DNA of 64,000 nucleotides, from IMG/VR virus record IMGVR_UViG_3300046009_011911, positions 1 through 64,000 of that record; one strand, 5' to 3'. The notes below the pieces were generated by a model. The model saw nothing but the letters and a program-made list of their open reading frames with translations. It was not told where the DNA came from and made no database searches. Below, in pieces: positions 9,336 through 19,462 of the stretch (position 1 is its first letter; each line of letters begins with the position of its first letter). The position numbers and the translations under genes were made by a program. The DNA comes from a virus.

Positions 9336-11639
9336 ATGACACAGATTCAAGTGACAAAAAGAGATGGACAAAAAGAACCATTAGATTTAGAAAAAATGCA
9401 CAAAGTAGTATTTTGGGCTACTAAAGACATAGCAGGAGTTAGTGCAAGTGAATTAGAACTACGCAGTCATCTACAATTTTATAACGGCATTAAAACCAGT
9501 GACATACAAGAAACACTAATCAAAAGTGCAGCAGACTTAATTTCGGAAGACTGCCCAAACTATCAATATGTTGCAGGTAGGCTAATTAATTACCATATCA
9601 GAAAACAGGTTTACGGTGATTATCACCCGATAAATTTGTTGGATCTGGTGAAACGTAATGTGCAACGTGGTTTTTACGATAAAGATTTGTTAACAGCATT
9701 TACAGAAGAAGAATGGCAAGAATTAAATTCATCAATAGATCATAATAAAGATTTGAATTTTACATATGTGGCCATGGAGCAATGGAGAGGCAAATATCTA
9801 GTACAAAATCGTGTGACTGGTGAGATTTTTGAAACTCCACAAATGGCGTATATATTAATTGCAGCTACATTATTTCAAAACTATCCTAAAGAAACTCGAC
9901 TACAATGGATCAAGGATTATTATAATGCTATATCTAATCACGATATTAGTCTTCCCACTCCCATTATGGCTGGTGTACGCACACCTCAAAAACAATTCTC
10001 ATCGTGCGTTCTCATTGAGACAGGTGACAGCCTTGATAGTATCAATGCTACTGCTGGTAGTATTGTTAGGTATGTCAGCCAAAAAGCTGGCATTGGAATT
10101 GGGGCTGGTCGCATTCGTGCCTTAGGCAGTCCTATACGAAATGGGGATGCATATCATACCGGGGTAATTCCATTTTATAAGCACTTTCAAAGTGCTACCC
10201 GCAGTTGTAGTCAAGGTGGAGTTCGCAATGGAGCAGCAACATTATATTATCCAATTTGGCATTTAGAGGTTGAAGATCTTCTTGTGTTAAAAAATAACAA
10301 GGGCACAGAGGATAATCGTGTTCGCCATATGGACTACGGAGTACAGTTTAATAAATTGATGTATGAAAGATTAGTGTCAGGCGGTGACATTACTTGCTTT
10401 AGCCCGCATGATGTTCCAGAAATGTACGAAGCATTTTTTAATAATCAGGAAAAATTTAAAGAACTGTACGAACGGGCAGAACGCAATACCAAGTTACGTA
10501 AAAAAACTTACAAAGCAATAGATTTGTTTAGTAAATTTATGCAAGAACGAAAAGACACAGGCAGAGTTTATTTGCAAAATGTAGATCATGCAAATACCCA
10601 CAGTCCTTTTAATGAACTAATTGCACCTATTAAAATGAGCAATCTTTGTTGTGAGATTGATTTGCCTACTGTCCCGCTTGATGATATCAATGATCCCGAC
10701 GGTCGTATTGCACTTTGCACTTTAAGTGCTACCAATTGGGGGAATGTAAAAAGTCCTCGTGATTTTGAACGTATGTGTACTTTGGCAGTCAGAGGTTTAG
10801 ATGCATTATTATCTTATCAGTACTATCCAGTAATCGCTGCAAAATACGCCACAGAAGAATTTCGACCATTAGGCATTGGCATTATTAACTTTGCATATTT
10901 CCTAGCAAAACATGATGTCAGTTACAGTGATCCCCAAGCACTGAAATTAGTAGATGAATATGCAGAGGCTTGGAGTTATTACTTGCTTAAGGCCAGCGTG
11001 GACTTGGCCCGTGAACAAGGTCCATGTACACGTTGGCAGGATTTAAAATCCTCACACGGAATTTTACCCGTCGATACTAGGAAAAAAGAAGTGGACGAAC
11101 TAGTGCCACACACTGAACGAATGGATTGGGAATCACTTCGTCTGGACGCTACCAGATACGGACAGCGCAACGCTACACTAATGGCACTGATGCCAGCCGA
11201 AACAAGTGCACAGATCAGTAACAGCACCAACGGAATTGAACCACCCAGAAGTTTTGTTTCAGTAAAACAAAGTAAACATGGTGTGTTAAAACAAGTAGTT
11301 CCTGAATATAGAAAATTAAAAAACAAATACGAATTGCTATGGGATCAGCGTAGTCCTGAAGGATATTTAAAGATTTGTGCAGTATTACAAAAATACATTG
11401 ATCAAGGTATAAGTGTCAATACTTCTTATAATCCTCATTACTACGAAGATGAAAAAATTCCAATGAGTGAAATGTTGAAACACTTATTGATGTGTTATAA
11501 GTATGGTACTAAACAACTGTACTACTTTAATACAATGGACGGGCAGGGTGAATTGGACATTGAAAAGATGGTTACAAAACGTGCAGAACCCTCACCAGAA
11601 ATAAGCAGCCAAGAAGATTGCGATAGTTGTGTCATTTAA
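9336..11639 (+). CDS. nrdA: Ribonucleotide reductase class Ia alpha subunit
   Basis: ATP cone VTKRDG, QFSSCVL, SNLCCEI, LYY, C-terminal CDSC. Confidence 0.97.
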   Translation: MTQIQVTKRDGQKEPLDLEKMHKVVFWATKDIAGVSASELELRSHLQFYNGIKTSDIQETLIKSAADLISEDCPNYQYVAGRLINYHIRKQVYGDYHPINLLDLVKRNVQRGFYDKDLLTAFTEEEWQELNSSIDHNKDLNFTYVAMEQWRGKYLVQNRVTGEIFETPQMAYILIAATLFQNYPKETRLQWIKDYYNAISNHDISLPTPIMAGVRTPQKQFSSCVLIETGDSLDSINATAGSIVRYVSQKAGIGIGAGRIRALGSPIRNGDAYHTGVIPFYKHFQSATRSCSQGGVRNGAATLYYPIWHLEVEDLLVLKNNKGTEDNRVRHMDYGVQFNKLMYERLVSGGDITCFSPHDVPEMYEAFFNNQEKFKELYERAERNTKLRKKTYKAIDLFSKFMQERKDTGRVYLQNVDHANTHSPFNELIAPIKMSNLCCEIDLPTVPLDDINDPDGRIALCTLSATNWGNVKSPRDFERMCTLAVRGLDALLSYQYYPVIAAKYATEEFRPLGIGIINFAYFLAKHDVSYSDPQALKLVDEYAEAWSYYLLKASVDLAREQGPCTRWQDLKSSHGILPVDTRKKEVDELVPHTERMDWESLRLDATRYGQRNATLMALMPAETSAQISNSTNGIEPPRSFVSVKQSKHGVLKQVVPEYRKLKNKYELLWDQRSPEGYLKICAVLQKYIDQGISVNTSYNPHYYEDEKIPMSEMLKHLLMCYKYGTKQLYYFNTMDGQGELDIEKMVTKRAEPSPEISSQEDCDSCVI

Positions 11640-11648
11640 GGAAAAAAC

Positions 11649-12776
11649 ATGAGCGTTTTTAATATTACCAATAAAAAGAAACATACCGAATCATTGGCAT
11701 TTCTGGATTCAAGTGGCCCTGTAAATGTTCAAAGATATGAAACTCTAAAATATAGACAGTTCGATAAACTCACGGACAAACAGTTGGGTTTCTTTTGGCG
11801 GCCCGAGGAAGTTGATTTGCTTAGGGATGCAAAAGATTTTAAGGAACTTACCAGTTTCGAAAAACACATTTTTACCAGTAACCTAAAACGACAAATTCTT
11901 TTGGACAGTGTACAAGGTCGCAGTCCTAACTTGGCATTTTTGCCATTGGCTACCATTCCCGAATTAGAAACATGGATTGAAACTTGGGCATTTAATGAAA
12001 CTATTCACAGCCGAAGCTACACACACATTATCAGAAATGTATATGCTGATCCCAGTGAGATTTTTGATAATCTACTAGATATTGAACCTATTGTTAATTG
12101 TGCCAAAGACATCAGCAAATATTATGATGATCTAATAGAATATGGGACATGGTACAGATTGTTGGGAGAAGGTACACATAACATTAACAATCGCCAACTG
12201 ACTATTGATCGTTATGAATTAAAAAAGAAACTGTGGTTGGCAATCAACAGTGTAAATGCACTAGAAGGTATTAGATTTTATGTTAGTTTTGCCTGCAGCT
12301 GGGCATTTGCTGAATTAAAGAAAATGGAAGGAAATGCTAAAACTATTAAGTTGATTGCAAGGGATGAAAATATTCATTTAGGCAGTACGCAAATGATGAT
12401 TAAACTGTTGCCACAGGACGATCCAGATATTGCCAAGATTCGTGAAGAAACAAAGAATGAATGTGAAAAAATGTTTTTGGCTGCAGCACAGCAGGAAAAG
12501 GATTGGGCTGAATATCTGTTTAAAGATGGATCAATGATAGGTTTAAACAAACAACTATTATGTGATTATGTAGATTGGTTGACTTGCAAACGTATGACTG
12601 CAGTAGGACTAAATTGTGGAATAAAACCCGGCAGTAACCCATTGCCGTGGACTGCGAAATGGATAGCCGGTGCAGAAGTTCAAGTAGCACCGCAGGAAAC
12701 AGAAATAAGTAGTTATGTTATCGGCGGAACCAAACAAGACGTCGATCTTAACACTTTCAAAGGATTTAGTTTATAA
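11649..12776 (+). CDS. nrdB: Ribonucleotide reductase class Ia beta subunit
   Basis: [43 protein letters not shown]. Confidence 0.97.
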   Translation: MSVFNITNKKKHTESLAFLDSSGPVNVQRYETLKYRQFDKLTDKQLGFFWRPEEVDLLRDAKDFKELTSFEKHIFTSNLKRQILLDSVQGRSPNLAFLPLATIPELETWIETWAFNETIHSRSYTHIIRNVYADPSEIFDNLLDIEPIVNCAKDISKYYDDLIEYGTWYRLLGEGTHNINNRQLTIDRYELKKKLWLAINSVNALEGIRFYVSFACSWAFAELKKMEGNAKTIKLIARDENIHLGSTQMMIKLLPQDDPDIAKIREETKNECEKMFLAAAQQEKDWAEYLFKDGSMIGLNKQLLCDYVDWLTCKRMTAVGLNCGIKPGSNPLPWTAKWIAGAEVQVAPQETEISSYVIGGTKQDVDLNTFKGFSL

Positions 12777-13030
12777 TGCTAACTGTATATTCAAAAAATA
12801 ATTGTTCATTTTGTGTTCAGGCAAAAAATTATCTCACTCAAAAAAATATACCTTTTACAGAAATTAAAATTGATGAAAATCAAGAAGCAAAAGAATTTAT
12901 TTTAGAGCAAGGTCATAGAACTGTACCTCAAATTTATTTAGGCGAAACATTATTTGTTCAAGGCGGTTATCAAGGACTAACAAAATTAACTGAAGATCAA
13001 TTAAAGGAAAAATTAAATGTTAATGGCTAA
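12776..13030 (+). CDS. Glutaredoxin
   Basis: CSFC, TVPQI, GGY. Confidence 0.9.
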   Translation: MLTVYSKNNCSFCVQAKNYLTQKNIPFTEIKIDENQEAKEFILEQGHRTVPQIYLGETLFVQGGYQGLTKLTEDQLKEKLNVNG

Positions 13031-13328
13031 AGAATACACAAAAGATGATATTGTAGGTTTCAAAATGGTAAATGGCGATGAAATTGTTGCAAAAGTACTT
13101 TCCGCCAATAATGAAGGATGGTCGGTATCCCGACCTTGTACAGTAATCCCTGGTCCGCAAGGTATTGGTTTGATGCAAAGCCTAATTTCGGCTGATATAA
13201 ATACTGAAGTGACTCTTGGACGTCAACATGTTATGTTACATGCTCCTGTAATTAAACAAATGCAAGATCATTATATTCAGACTACAACTGGAATTCAAAC
13301 AGTCAGCAAAGGTTCTATTTTAACTTGA
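13017..13328 (+). CDS. Sm-like hypothetical protein
   Basis: FKMVNGDEIVAK pattern. Confidence 0.55.
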   Translation: MLMAKEYTKDDIVGFKMVNGDEIVAKVLSANNEGWSVSRPCTVIPGPQGIGLMQSLISADINTEVTLGRQHVMLHAPVIKQMQDHYIQTTTGIQTVSKGSILT

Positions 13329-13338
13329 TTGGAAAAAA

Positions 13339-13833
13339 ATGGCGGGTGGCTTAGTAAGAATAGGAGACATTTTAGGTCCCGGAGGGCTGGTAATAGGAAA
13401 TGCCAGTTCCTCAGTCACTGTCAATGGTCGTCCTGTAGCCTTATTAGGAGCAGCATATACTCCACACTTAGGATGCAGTCCTAAAAAACCTTTACATTGT
13501 TTTGGTACTATTATTGATTTTGCCGGCGGCTTAACTATTGAAGGACAAATTCCTTTGACAAAAGGAGGAAAAGGCATATGTGGTCACGGTATTATGGTAG
13601 CAAGTGATGATGTTATTAGTTTAGGTGGAGGTGGATTACTAGGCCTAGTTGTGGGGTTAGCGTTAGGACAAGTCGGTTCAGGGTTTAGTGTGGATGCTGC
13701 CGGTGGGTTTGGAAGTTTTGCAGCAGGATTTGAAGCAGCTACAGCACCTATTGCCACAGTTGCTTCTACAGTAGAAAGAAGTTTAAGTTTGTTAGGTGCT
13801 GCAAAACTAGGTATAACTTTATTGCGAAGCTAA
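13339..13833 (+). CDS. PAAR-like spike tip protein with C-terminal extension
   Basis: RIGD, VTVNGRPVALLG, PH, CGH. Confidence 0.75.
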   Translation: MAGGLVRIGDILGPGGLVIGNASSSVTVNGRPVALLGAAYTPHLGCSPKKPLHCFGTIIDFAGGLTIEGQIPLTKGGKGICGHGIMVASDDVISLGGGGLLGLVVGLALGQVGSGFSVDAAGGFGSFAAGFEAATAPIATVASTVERSLSLLGAAKLGITLLRS

Positions 13834-13835
13834 TT

Positions 13836-14420
13836 ATGGCCAGTATTCCAAAACAATATAGCAGTTTTCAAAACTTACCAGACAATCTATCTGGCGGTTT
13901 AAGTCCGTTACAATTGGCTGCAGCTTACTACATGATTCAAGGACAACAAGTTCCATTTTTTGTAAATCACGATTGGTTAAGAGCGTTAAGAGTTTATTGC
14001 GACAGTGGTATTGTTGATCCTAAAAAAGTGGGTGGCACAGGTCCTGTTGTAGTAAAGGGCGATGACGTATATACTATTGAAAGAGCACCAGACTGCGGAC
14101 CAGATGAAACAGACCGTACAGAATTAGTGTACAGAGGAAAAATAAACAATTTACCTGTCACAGCATGGCGTAGTGGATCAGACTTAGTAGTTAGAGGAGG
14201 ATCTACAGCTAACGGTGCAGGTGGCCCATGGGCTACAGGTGGCATAACTGGGCCAAGTCCGGTCCCAGGTAATTCAGTGGATCAGCCCGATCCTATAGTA
14301 TCAAATCTAGCAGCAACTTACTCCTTACCACAAGTAGAACAGACGTATCTGCAACAAGTGATTGATAATCCCGAACTTACTGGAAATAGTGCACCTATTG
14401 ATTTGTTAGGGATCACATAA
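13836..14420 (+). CDS. Hypothetical protein, probably structural
   Basis: ORF after the PAAR-like gene. Confidence 0.6.
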   Translation: MASIPKQYSSFQNLPDNLSGGLSPLQLAAAYYMIQGQQVPFFVNHDWLRALRVYCDSGIVDPKKVGGTGPVVVKGDDVYTIERAPDCGPDETDRTELVYRGKINNLPVTAWRSGSDLVVRGGSTANGAGGPWATGGITGPSPVPGNSVDQPDPIVSNLAATYSLPQVEQTYLQQVIDNPELTGNSAPIDLLGIT

Positions 14421-16192
14421 TGGCATTGGACACAGGAAATACTACAAGTGCAGGTCCAGAAATTCCTGCAGGAATAATCGACCCATTAGCAAATGGTGTA
14501 AATTATGGCATAGATGTACCTGCCTATATTAGGGTGCCCAGTCAAGATTCCATTTATACAGGCAGTTTATCTGCTCATGGAAGTATATTGGCCATGTCCT
14601 TAAACGTAGGAAATTACAATGCGATAACTGTAGGCACGACCGACGACGGTAACAATGCTTATACTTACATACCCTGGCTGACTGGATACCTCAGAGAGTA
14701 TTGGAAAAATCCAAAAACATGCACCTTTGGAGCTAACTCTGCTATTCCTGCTATCACTGGAGTTATGCCACCCAGATTCACTGAAACCCCAGGTAATGCT
14801 TTGTACTATATAGATTTGCAAATGACAAGGCTGACTGGCAGTAATTACTTTAATAATTATAGTTTTATCAACACGTTCAATCAATTACTAGGTTGGTTAA
14901 CTAATGCTAACAACTATTTGTTGGCCATCAATAACAGTGAAAAAAGAAATTTAAGTTATTTTGGTGTAAGTAGTTACCAAGAATTTTTAAGTCAAGGTTT
15001 TAATAGATATGCAGAAGGTGTAGCACTAAAAACTGCAATAGCTAATATAGGCACATTGATACAGCAAATACCCTCGGGTCGATTTGGAACTAGTAACAGT
15101 GTAGCAAAACATTTTGTTGATAATGGATTAGGAGCTATCGGAGACTTAAGTGTAAAAATACAGGCAGCTGGAATTAATTATGCAGATATTTTAGATCCTA
15201 TCTATACAAGTCAACTTGATGTTATTTTACAGTCTATAAACAATAAAGCAGACTTATCTACCATTCAAACTGTTTTGCGTAGTAAGGTTCCGAACTTAGC
15301 AAATGCACTTGATTTTACTAGTATCTCAATTGTAAGTGGTAGACCAAATGACAGCGTGTTCGCAACTTTTGCAGAATTTGGAAAAGATTTATATCAAAAA
15401 ACTCCAAATTTCAACATTACTACTGGACAAGAACTATCCGAGTTGATAGACACTGTTCTAAATCAAGCCACATCAAACGTGGAAAATTTAGCGACTAATT
15501 CTAGCTTACTACCAGAAGATATAATCGACAGTTTCAAATCATTTTTGCCAAAAACACCCGACGGTGGTCCAGCTTCGATATTAGATGTAATAGGTTGCGC
15601 AAGTGGTTACCTAATTGAAAATTTAAATGAGGTTAATCAAGGGTTGGATATAATCAATAAATCTTCCTATGGTCCACAAATCCATAATGCATTGACACAG
15701 ATAGCCGACACTTATAAACTATACAATGAAGCATTAAGTAACAGTTGGACCGAAGTAGGAAATCCCTCTGTGGGTCATACCGGTTATATACAATTACCTA
15801 TAGATATTAGAATTAAACAAAATTATGATCAAGCAGTGCAAAACTATTTCAATTTGTTAAATCAATTATCCAACGATGCTGCCTATAAAAATATTGTGCA
15901 AAACATTAATTTGAATTGGGACTTATTATGTGAAGGTATCAATACTGAGGTGGTAAACTATAACAAAGCCAATATGACTACAAGTGAATTTCAAGATAAT
16001 ACTGTGATCTACAGTTTTGTAAGTAGTTTACCTAGTTATGCATTGGACAATTCTGGGTTAGGCACAGATTACTTTTTGTATGCAATGTGCCAACCAAATC
16101 AAGCTGGTGACATTGTAAAGTCTATTTTAAATCAATATAAAAACACCGAAATTCTTGCCAATGCTGGTGTTCAAATCAAAGGTGTAGTGTAA
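14420..16192 (+). CDS. Large hypothetical protein, probably baseplate/tail
   Basis: 590 aa, N/S/T/G-rich, coupled to the PAAR cluster. Confidence 0.6.
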   Translation: MALDTGNTTSAGPEIPAGIIDPLANGVNYGIDVPAYIRVPSQDSIYTGSLSAHGSILAMSLNVGNYNAITVGTTDDGNNAYTYIPWLTGYLREYWKNPKTCTFGANSAIPAITGVMPPRFTETPGNALYYIDLQMTRLTGSNYFNNYSFINTFNQLLGWLTNANNYLLAINNSEKRNLSYFGVSSYQEFLSQGFNRYAEGVALKTAIANIGTLIQQIPSGRFGTSNSVAKHFVDNGLGAIGDLSVKIQAAGINYADILDPIYTSQLDVILQSINNKADLSTIQTVLRSKVPNLANALDFTSISIVSGRPNDSVFATFAEFGKDLYQKTPNFNITTGQELSELIDTVLNQATSNVENLATNSSLLPEDIIDSFKSFLPKTPDGGPASILDVIGCASGYLIENLNEVNQGLDIINKSSYGPQIHNALTQIADTYKLYNEALSNSWTEVGNPSVGHTGYIQLPIDIRIKQNYDQAVQNYFNLLNQLSNDAAYKNIVQNINLNWDLLCEGINTEVVNYNKANMTTSEFQDNTVIYSFVSSLPSYALDNSGLGTDYFLYAMCQPNQAGDIVKSILNQYKNTEILANAGVQIKGVV

Positions 16193-16309
16193 ACCGTTTT
16201 TCTTGATTTTTCGTGAGTTAAGTGCTATTATTGTCAAACAATAAAGTAGCATTTATGTCTTAACAATAAAACATATATAAAAACTACACTCTATAAAAAG
16301 GAGGTCAAT

Positions 16310-16945
16310 ATGACTACAACTATGAGTTTATCTCATACCTCTTATAAAGCAGTGATAAGCAGCATCAAACTGTTAATTTTTGGTTTAGGCCTAAGTTTAA
16401 CTATTTTTGCAGTGTACGAAATAACTGCGAATAAGTTACGTAATTTAAAGCTGGAAGAAACTGTACAAATAGAAAGATTGCACCATGCCATCCTGACAGA
16501 GAATTTAAAACAGGCAGAACTAATTAAAGCACAACAAGCTCATACAGAAAGGTTGAAACAATTAGAATGTTTGGCCAGAAATGTTTATTGGGAAGCAGCA
16601 TCTGAACCATTTGAAGGTAAAGTGGCAGTAGCGCAAGTAACCATGAATAGGCTAGAATCAGGTCGTTACGGAAATACTATCTGTCAAGTTGTTTTTCAAC
16701 GAACAAAAGTATATGAAACTGTAATTTGCCAATTTAGTTGGACTTGTACTGGTAAATCTAGAGTGCCCCCAAAAAATCTCAGATTATTTAAAGAAAGCGA
16801 AGACATTGCCAGAAAAGTTTATTTTGAAAATTATCGATTACCGACTATGACGAAAGCCATGTATTTTCATAATACCACTGTTCGACCAGGTTGGAACAAA
16901 GTTAAAATTGCGCAAATAGGACAACACGTTTTTTATCGGGATTGA
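16310..16945 (+). CDS. SleB-like cell wall hydrolase (Hydrolase_2) with N-terminal TM
   Basis: CLARNVYWEAASEP..VAQVTMNR..CQFSW..HVFY; SD AGGAGG. Confidence 0.9.
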   Translation: MTTTMSLSHTSYKAVISSIKLLIFGLGLSLTIFAVYEITANKLRNLKLEETVQIERLHHAILTENLKQAELIKAQQAHTERLKQLECLARNVYWEAASEPFEGKVAVAQVTMNRLESGRYGNTICQVVFQRTKVYETVICQFSWTCTGKSRVPPKNLRLFKESEDIARKVYFENYRLPTMTKAMYFHNTTVRPGWNKVKIAQIGQHVFYRD

Positions 16946-16949
16946 CATC

Positions 16950-17279
16950 ATGAAATTATCTACTATTAAATTTAGTTTTTTAAGATTTTACTTGTTAGTG
17001 AAAAAATTCTTTTTGATTCATTTGCAAAAAATTACCGCAAATACTTTGGGATGGATGGCTGCAATTGTATTACATGCTGCAACCATTCCCAGTCTTATTG
17101 CATTGATGAGCGCATTAACTGATAGATTACCTAATTTAGAAATGATTTTATTCATTTGGACTGCACTGGTCTTGTTGTTTACCAGAGCTATTATTTTGAA
17201 AGATCAGTTAAATATTATTACTATCGGCGCAGGATTCATAGCGCAGGCAGTAATGATGGCGTTCATACTTTTTAAATAA
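16950..17279 (+). CDS. Small multi-pass membrane protein
   Basis: Three hydrophobic segments. Confidence 0.65.
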   Translation: MKLSTIKFSFLRFYLLVKKFFLIHLQKITANTLGWMAAIVLHAATIPSLIALMSALTDRLPNLEMILFIWTALVLLFTRAIILKDQLNIITIGAGFIAQAVMMAFILFK

Positions 17280-17280
17280 A

Positions 17281-17937
17281 ATGAATTATTTTCAATTATT
17301 GTATAATTTGCACAACATCTATCATAAGTTTGATGGTCAATCAATGGATAGAAATTCTATTTTAAAATGTATAAAACGTAGTATTCCTTTTAAAGAATGT
17401 CAAATTTATAGTTTGGAAACACTGAGTTTACCTAACGGAAAATTTAATGTTTCAGGTTTATATGATCCTGATCAAGATGAACAAGGCAAGCCCCCTATTG
17501 TAATCGAAATAGCATTTCCTAAAAAAAGAAATTTTGTTTTTGATGAATCAGACTTGCGCAGAGAACACTGGGCCGAGCTCTGTATAGATTTAGCAAGCAC
17601 ACTTGGTCATGAGTTTATTCATTTGAACCAATTTAGAAAACGTAATTATCGTTGGACAAGACAGTATAAAAGTAAAACATCGGATCTCAAACTGAGAGAA
17701 ATGCAAGAGTATTATGGAGATTCAGATGAAATAGGAGCCTATGCCTTTATGGCAGCAGCTGAACTGACACTGAATAAAGCGTCAGTGGATGATTTTAATT
17801 TGGAAGACACAAATACTTACAAAGTATATGCACAAGTTTTCGGCGACAAAGACCCCGTTGTACTTAAATTGTCTAAGTTAATAAAACAATATAACAAAAA
17901 ACTGGAGAAACAATATCATGCCACGAATTTCCAATGA
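17281..17937 (+). CDS. HExxH-motif protein (putative metallopeptidase)
   Basis: LGHEFIHLNQ ... DEIGAYA. Confidence 0.55.
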   Translation: MNYFQLLYNLHNIYHKFDGQSMDRNSILKCIKRSIPFKECQIYSLETLSLPNGKFNVSGLYDPDQDEQGKPPIVIEIAFPKKRNFVFDESDLRREHWAELCIDLASTLGHEFIHLNQFRKRNYRWTRQYKSKTSDLKLREMQEYYGDSDEIGAYAFMAAAELTLNKASVDDFNLEDTNTYKVYAQVFGDKDPVVLKLSKLIKQYNKKLEKQYHATNFQ

Positions 17938-18133
17938 AGTAGAAGATATTAGCGAGGGCGATTTTTTAGACAGTCTAGATGATGACGATTTTGTATTTGT
18001 AATAGATGGCGATGGTAATCTAAAATCATTACTAATGCCTGAGATGGCAGATGAAGAAGCAGTGCCCGAAAACGTTGTTTCTATTCTTAAGTTTTTTGGA
18101 ATCTCAAAAATGAATCCTGCAACACTACATTAA
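17918..18133 (+). CDS. Small acidic hypothetical protein
   Basis: SD GGAG. Confidence 0.65.
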   Translation: MPRISNEVEDISEGDFLDSLDDDDFVFVIDGDGNLKSLLMPEMADEEAVPENVVSILKFFGISKMNPATLH

Positions 18134-18136
18134 CGG

Positions 18137-18165
18137 TTGACAAATATATTCAATATCTCTATAAT
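18137..18165 (+). promoter_or_regulatory. Sigma70-type early promoter
   Basis: TTGACA-17-TATAAT. Confidence 0.85.
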
Positions 18166-18194
18166 ATATAGATACTGAACTTTAGGAGCAGCAC

Positions 18195-18398
18195 GTGGGA
18201 TACCGTGTGTTAGGCGAAATGGAGCGTAAGTGGCAACCCCGTAAAGGGCTAGAAGGTCCCTTTTATTACCCCAACGGGCGTGTTTTGTACTATGATGCTA
18301 AGGCGGGGGAATATTGGGATCCAACTACAGATTTTTACGTAGAACGGGATGAAATTGCTCAGTTGCAGGGCGATTTCATGCGTACTTTGGCCCAATAA
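18195..18398 (+). CDS. Small early hypothetical protein
   Basis: SD AGGAG, GTG start. Confidence 0.7.
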   Translation: MGYRVLGEMERKWQPRKGLEGPFYYPNGRVLYYDAKAGEYWDPTTDFYVERDEIAQLQGDFMRTLAQ

Positions 18399-18403
18399 TT
18401 TGG

Positions 18404-18432
18404 TTGACAAATATTCCATTATTTCATATAAT
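18404..18432 (+). promoter_or_regulatory. Sigma70-type early promoter (repeat family)
   Basis: TTGACAAATATTCCATTATTTCATATAAT. Confidence 0.9.
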
Positions 18433-18438
18433 AATGGT

Positions 18439-18753
18439 ATGATGAAACGTAAAGCACGCCAAGACCGCAAGCACGCCGTGTACATGATCATGAACACGGA
18501 GACTGGTGAACACTACATTGGTATTACTGTATGTGGTCAACAGCTTCGCAATGCCATTAAGGTTCGGTGGCAAAAACATGTCCGTCGTGCGCTGACAGAA
18601 GATAAAGATTGGAACCTGTGTCGTAATATTCGCCAACATGGTCCTGACGTTTTTGAAGTTGAAGTTCTCGAAGTTGTTCGTGGTCGCAAACCTGCTCACC
18701 AACGTGAGCGTGAATTGATTTCTGAATTGTGTCCCTCTCTTAATCAATATTAA
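18439..18753 (+). CDS. GIY-YIG nuclease domain protein, probably leaderless
   Basis: AVYMI..HYIGIT..RW..H..E..LN. Confidence 0.75.
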   Translation: MMKRKARQDRKHAVYMIMNTETGEHYIGITVCGQQLRNAIKVRWQKHVRRALTEDKDWNLCRNIRQHGPDVFEVEVLEVVRGRKPAHQRERELISELCPSLNQY

Positions 18754-18768
18754 TTTAAGGAACTGACT

Positions 18769-18918
18769 ATGATGAAAATGGAAAAGACTGACAAAACCAT
18801 GCTGGGCCCCAACGAATTCGGATTTTATCTGGATGCATGGGTTCATTGTTGGAAAAATAAATTCGACATTGGCAGGATCAAACGTAAAAGCTGGGACGTT
18901 TGGTTTGTGGAAGCATAA
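18769..18918 (+). CDS. Small hypothetical protein (49 aa, not in ORF track)
   Basis: SD AAGGA; MMKMEKTDK..VWFVEA. Confidence 0.55.
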   Translation: MMKMEKTDKTMLGPNEFGFYLDAWVHCWKNKFDIGRIKRKSWDVWFVEA

Positions 18919-18919
18919 C

Positions 18920-19066
18920 ATGCCTTTTATTCTAAGAGGTATTTTGTACGCTACTTTAGGTTTCCTATTAGCAGAGCAAAATATTACAGTATCACAAGCA
19001 CCATTAGACTTTGTTTTGATTCTTGGTAATGTAATGCTCATTGACTATTTTGCAGGCCAATCGTGA
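18920..19066 (+). CDS. Small membrane protein
   Basis: Hydrophobic 48-aa ORF. Confidence 0.45.
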   Translation: MPFILRGILYATLGFLLAEQNITVSQAPLDFVLILGNVMLIDYFAGQS

Positions 19067-19452
19067 TATTTGAAGATTCAGAAGATTTCGAAATTTCCAA
19101 AACTTATCTATTGAGTTGGGATTGTGAAGGTTTGGAGTCAGTGGTCTGTATATCAGATATTGCCAAGGAAGAAACTTGGCAAGCTTTAAAAAAGGATCAT
19201 CAAAAAGAAGACAACTTGTCAGGACGAACTGAAACAGTAACTTCAATTGTTGGCAAGTTAGTCATGCGGGCTAGATTTAATAGCCATCGTTTTTATGAGA
19301 TATATGCAATAGATGTAGAAGACGGTATTACATCTGATGACATTAGAGACTGGTTCGAATCTGCCCCTCGAGAGATGGCTGATCTAATACGACAGCGTGG
19401 TAGAAAACTCTACAGCGATCGCAGAGATAAACGCAGAATAAGGATAGAATAA
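19063..19452 (+). CDS. Hypothetical protein
   Basis: Coupled ORF. Confidence 0.65.
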   Translation: MIFEDSEDFEISKTYLLSWDCEGLESVVCISDIAKEETWQALKKDHQKEDNLSGRTETVTSIVGKLVMRARFNSHRFYEIYAIDVEDGITSDDIRDWFESAPREMADLIRQRGRKLYSDRRDKRRIRIE

Positions 19453-19462
19453 ATATTTAATC

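Noticed and set aside
9336-12776. Introns or inteins in nrdA/nrdB
   Set aside because: Both are contiguous and of normal class Ia length.
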